From an uncultured Defluviitaleaceae bacterium (GTDB lineage: Bacteria > Bacillota > Clostridia > Lachnospirales > WRBF01), in NCBI GenBank assembly GCA_964533945.1, contig CAZHPA010000001.1:59455-123454 (forward strand): a stretch of DNA of 64,000 nt, given 5' to 3'. A program made the translations under genes and the position numbers. The notes beneath the pieces were generated by a model. The model searched no databases. It saw only the letters and a list, made by a program, of their open reading frames with translations, and was not told where the DNA came from. Shown in pieces: positions 60,938 to 64,000 of the stretch; within the stretch, counting starts at the first letter, position 1; the number at the start of each line of letters is the position of its first letter.

Positions 60938-61030
60938 CAATAATTTGTTGTGTGCTTAACGAAGGAAACAATTATTATCTTGTAATTGTAATTGTAATTT
61001 AATTGCTAATATTAAAGATTATTTATATTT
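60938..61030 (+). repeat. intergenic module copy 1 (truncated: m1-like + m3 + m4, no hairpin)
   Basis: CAATAATTTGTTGTGTGCTTAACGAAGGAAACAA aligns to m1 of copy 4. ATTATCTTGTAA...AAAGATTATTTATATTT aligns to copy 2. Confidence 0.7.
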
Positions 61031-61054
61031 GCGAAATAGCAAGGAGAATGATTT

Positions 61055-61756
61055 ATGGATAAAAAGGTAGCTGTTGTAACTGGTTCAAGCAGTGGCATTG
61101 GTAATGCGATTTGCAAGGTTCTATTAAATAAAGATTATTATATTGTGGCTAATGGCAGAACGATAAATTCAGTTTTTAAGGAAACAGACCATTTGATACT
61201 TAATAATGGTGATATGCTAGAACCCCAAACATCTGAATTTTTATTAAATGATGCTTTAAACAAATGGGGTAAATGTGATGTAGTATGTGTTAATGCCGGA
61301 ATTATTGAATCTAATGCAATTGAAAATATCAACATAGATGCAATGTGTGAAATGGTTAGGCTAAAGGTTGAAATGTCGTTTAGACTTATCTATACTTTCT
61401 TAAAATATTTTAAAAAAGTAGGAAAAGGTCATATTGTTATAATTTCTAGTGTTATGGGTACTAAAACTCGTGAAAACTCAGGTGCTTATGCTGGGTGTAA
61501 CTATGCATTAGAGGCATTAGCTGAGTCGCTTAGAATGGAACTTTGTGATACAAATATAAAAATCACATGTATTGAGCCCGGTCTTGTTGAAACAGGATTA
61601 CATAGAAATTGGGATATAAAACCTAAAGAATTACTTGGAATATCAATGGCATTACAACCAATTGATATTGCCGAAGCAGTAATAGAAATACTTAATAAAC
61701 CTGAACATATTAGAATTCCTAAATATATGATTTTGCCAAAAGGACATAAAATCTGA
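61055..61756 (+). CDS. short-chain dehydrogenase/reductase family protein with atypical YxxxN motif
   Basis: VAVVTGSSSGIGNAI, VNAG and ISSVMG are canonical, but the YxxxK position reads YAGCN. Confidence 0.8.
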   Translation: MDKKVAVVTGSSSGIGNAICKVLLNKDYYIVANGRTINSVFKETDHLILNNGDMLEPQTSEFLLNDALNKWGKCDVVCVNAGIIESNAIENINIDAMCEMVRLKVEMSFRLIYTFLKYFKKVGKGHIVIISSVMGTKTRENSGAYAGCNYALEALAESLRMELCDTNIKITCIEPGLVETGLHRNWDIKPKELLGISMALQPIDIAEAVIEILNKPEHIRIPKYMILPKGHKI

Positions 61757-61766
61757 TTGAATAAAT

Positions 61767-61996
61767 AAATTGACACATGAGAAAATGAAAAATATTTCTG
61801 AATAAAATCCACCAAGTAAAATTAAGCGGCTTTCTTGCGTCCTAACATTGGGTTGTTGTCAAGTTATGACTAAGCAAAAAGCTTAAAAGCTATTATCTTT
61901 TAATTAAATTTTATGCTATTTTTTAATGAACAAATTAATTGTTATCTTATAACTATTATTTAACTAATAATAGCAAAGATTATTTATATTTTCGAG
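61767..61996 (+). repeat. intergenic module copy 2 (m1 61767-61810, hairpin m2 61834-61874, m3/m4 61932-61996)
   Basis: By eye, about 86% identity to copy 3 across m1. m2 carries GTCAAGTTATGACTAAG and m4 carries AAAGATTATTTATATTTT. Confidence 0.8.
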
Positions 61997-62008
61997 AAGG
62001 GTTATGAC

Positions 62009-62758
62009 ATGATAAAATTATATAAAAACAACGCCGTTTTGCATTCACTTGTTTGGCTTGGGCTTTATTTACTAATTAACACAATAACAGGTAATGTTGC
62101 AAGTATTTTAGCGGTTAACGATTATCTCGTGAGTTGCATACCGAATTTTATTTTGGCTTTTATTTGCTTTATTCATCTTTGTAAGAATAAAATATTAAGT
62201 GACATAGGTTTATTATGTAAGCCTAAAGAAAATGCAGGAAGTATGTTGTTTTACATTCCTCTGTTCGCTTTACCGTTACTGCCACTTCTATACGGAATTA
62301 ATACCGCAATTAAGCCTTTTGATTTATTCGCAATATTTTTAATGTACACAGGTGTTGGATTTATGGAGGAAATTATTTTTCGAGGATTCATGTTTAGGGC
62401 ATTAACAAATCAATGGAACAGAGTTGTGGTTGTGGCATTCATAAGTTTTACATTTGCGATTGGACATATTGCAAGTATGGTGGCTATCGGTCAATCCGGT
62501 TTTGATACGATATTGCAAATTATTAACGCTTTGGTTGTAGGCTTTATGTTTATGACGGTTATGCTTGCATCTAAAAATCTTACAATATGTGTAATTGCTC
62601 ATATTGCATATAATTTTATAGCTAACATTTCCTTAATGGGAAGCACTAAAACAGCGATAATAATTATAAATGCTGTTATTACCATTTTATATTTTATTTA
62701 TCTACTTTTCTATCGCAAAAATATAAAAGCATACTTTAATGGAACCACCAGTATATAA
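62009..62758 (+). CDS. CPBP-family intramembrane glutamic endopeptidase (CAAX protease/Abi, bacteriocin self-immunity type)
   Basis: Polytopic. EEIIFRGFMF, FAIGH and IAHIAYNF motifs. Confidence 0.8.
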   Translation: MIKLYKNNAVLHSLVWLGLYLLINTITGNVASILAVNDYLVSCIPNFILAFICFIHLCKNKILSDIGLLCKPKENAGSMLFYIPLFALPLLPLLYGINTAIKPFDLFAIFLMYTGVGFMEEIIFRGFMFRALTNQWNRVVVVAFISFTFAIGHIASMVAIGQSGFDTILQIINALVVGFMFMTVMLASKNLTICVIAHIAYNFIANISLMGSTKTAIIIINAVITILYFIYLLFYRKNIKAYFNGTTSI

Positions 62759-62791
62759 AGATGATAAGCATAATACTTACCATTGAATTGA

Positions 62792-62915
62792 TTAATTGTC
62801 ACATAAGAAAACGAAGAATATTTCTGAAGAAAATCCGTTATGTAAACCTTAGTGACTTTTATTGTCAAAAAATGCCATTAGCCCTAACATGAAGTGTCGT
62901 CAAGTTAGGGCTAAG
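62792..62915 (+). repeat. intergenic module copy 3 (m1 62792-62836, hairpin m2 62878-62915; m4 absent)
   Basis: m2 is the perfect 11-bp palindrome TTAGCCCTAAC-N15-GTTAGGGCTAA. Confidence 0.8.
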
Positions 62916-62962
62916 TGAAATACATATTTAATTTTAATTTTACATAAAGAAGGATGTTAATA

Positions 62963-63550
62963 ATGAGTCTAATTATGATGTATATGAAATCAATTTTTTT
63001 AAATTTATTACCGTTTATACCCATCATTATTTTAATAAGAATAGTTGCAATTTTATTATTAAGAAAGGACGGAATTAAAACCACGATACACCATGAAATG
63101 GGAACCGCCTTTTTTATATATTTTATGATTGCTTTGTTTTCATTAACGATTAATATTTCAGGGTTACTTAATTTTCTTGCATCGGGAATTAAAGGTTATA
63201 GTGATATAAATATAATTCCTTTTAGTGGAATAAAGATAATTCTGCAAAGCGGTGACATTGGTTATATATTTGTAAATATTTTAGGAAATATTCTTATCTT
63301 TAGCCCCACCGGTTTTTTGTTGCCTTTGTTGTGGAAGAAAACTAAGACTATTACAGCAGTTGTTTTTATTGGCTTCATGATCTCTTTGCTTATCGAATGC
63401 ATACAATTTTTTTCAAGTAGAGGCTCTGATGTTGATGATTTAATTTTAAATACTGTGGGCACATTTTTAGGTTATATAATATTTAGTTTGTTTTATAGAG
63501 TATTTCCTAAGTTTGCCGATAGATTTCTTATTAATAATACTTGTCATTGA
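62963..63550 (+). CDS. VanZ-family membrane protein
   Basis: The ATG with 9-nt spacing to AGAAGGA is preferred over 62954. C-terminal RGSDVDDLILNTVGTFLGY is typical of VanZ. Confidence 0.75.
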   Translation: MSLIMMYMKSIFLNLLPFIPIIILIRIVAILLLRKDGIKTTIHHEMGTAFFIYFMIALFSLTINISGLLNFLASGIKGYSDINIIPFSGIKIILQSGDIGYIFVNILGNILIFSPTGFLLPLLWKKTKTITAVVFIGFMISLLIECIQFFSSRGSDVDDLILNTVGTFLGYIIFSLFYRVFPKFADRFLINNTCH

Positions 63551-63555
63551 ACCAA

Positions 63556-63805
63556 TAAATTGTTGCATAAGAAAACAAAAATAATCCCAAAGTACAGCCG
63601 CCTTATAAAATTTTGGTGGCTGTACTGTCGAAAAATGTTTAGTCTGTCATTGGGGGGCTGTCAAGTTAGGACTAAGTTTTTTCAACAAAGAGTTGGAAAA
63701 GTTATTGTATATTTGATTTAGCTGCAGTATACTTGTGTACAATGAAGAAAATAATGATTATCCTGTAACTTTGAACAAGCGAACAAAAATAGAGATTATT
63801 TATAA
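63556..63805 (+). repeat. intergenic module copy 4 (m1 63556-63587, extra 11-bp hairpin 63592-63625, m2 63638-63676, m3/m4 63750-63805)
   Basis: TAAATTGTTGCATAAGAAAACAAAAATAATCC; GTACAGCCGCC...GGTGGCTGTAC; ...GCTGTCAAGTTAGGACTAAG; AGAGATTATTTATAAAAC. Confidence 0.8.
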
Positions 63806-63821
63806 AACAGGAGGTAACATT

Positions 63822-64000
63822 GTGCTTATTTCATTTGCGCAACAACAAGATTTAGACAGTTGGATGGACTTGCTACACCTTGTAAAGGATAATTTTCCTG
63901 GGTTGGATATGAGAGAATATAAAATTGCTCTGATGGAGTATATCCATAATGAACAGGCACTGATAGCTAAAACAGAAGACACTTTAGTAGGTGCATTAGC
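63822..64000 (+). CDS. GNAT-family N-acetyltransferase, N-terminal part (runs off window)
   Basis: GTG start 7 nt after AGGAGG. VLISFAQQQDLDSWMDLLHLVKDNFPG...ALIAKTEDTLVGAL is a GNAT-like N-terminus. Absent from the ORF track because it is truncated. Confidence 0.6.
   Translation, partial: MLISFAQQQDLDSWMDLLHLVKDNFPGLDMREYKIALMEYIHNEQALIAKTEDTLVGAL

Noticed and set aside
61834-63676. Calling the junction hairpins canonical integron attC sites
   Set aside because: The arm sequences (CCCTAAC / GTTAGGG) resemble R''/R' boxes, but they are only ~15 nt apart. There are no identifiable L''/L' boxes. The copies deviate from RYYYAAC / GTTRRRY. No intI is visible. They are therefore reported only as integron-like, pending a covariance-model scan.
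1-64000. Prophage, IS element, transposase, integrase, CRISPR-Cas or known defence-system genes
   Set aside because: I read all ORF translations and none shows recombinase, transposase, Cas, restriction-modification or phage structural signatures.

Overview
Low-GC (AT-rich by eye) Firmicutes/Clostridia-type chromosomal segment from a spore-former (spoIIM, spmA/spmB, abrB-like, dac). Most of it is syntenic housekeeping: asnS (5' partial), rpmB, tRNA-Arg(CCG), a Re-citrate-synthase/aconitase/IDH operon, serC-serA-DUF1015, rpsU, iscR-nifS-nifU-mnmA, ftsQ-ftsZ-dac, mutS-miaA-hfq, ddl-murI-glmM, tsaD, an ECF sigma/anti-sigma pair and rnz. One large redox operon (2.6-9.3 kb) links pduL, a YdhY/YdhV-like tungsten/molybdenum aldehyde:ferredoxin oxidoreductase, a ThiS/MoaD-like protein and a five-gene HcnABC / archaeal proline-dehydrogenase-like flavoenzyme. 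The main signal the ORFs do not explain is at 60.1-64.0 kb (runs off the window). Five unrelated small co-oriented genes (SAM-MTase, SDR, CPBP/Abi, VanZ, GNAT) are separated by copies of one conserved non-coding module. The module has an imperfect hairpin with compensatory changes, giving an integron/CALIN-like cassette architecture, but no recombinase is visible. Other leads: a terminator-bounded C-rich sRNA candidate antisense-adjacent to the tRNA (2.3-2.5 kb), a secreted protein plus WD40 two-gene islet (53.6-55.4 kb), an Asn-rich prion-like repeat protein, and two SDR-fold proteins with broken catalytic motifs. No CRISPR array, IS/transposase, integrase or prophage genes were seen. All calls come from reading the translations and sequence; no database search was run.
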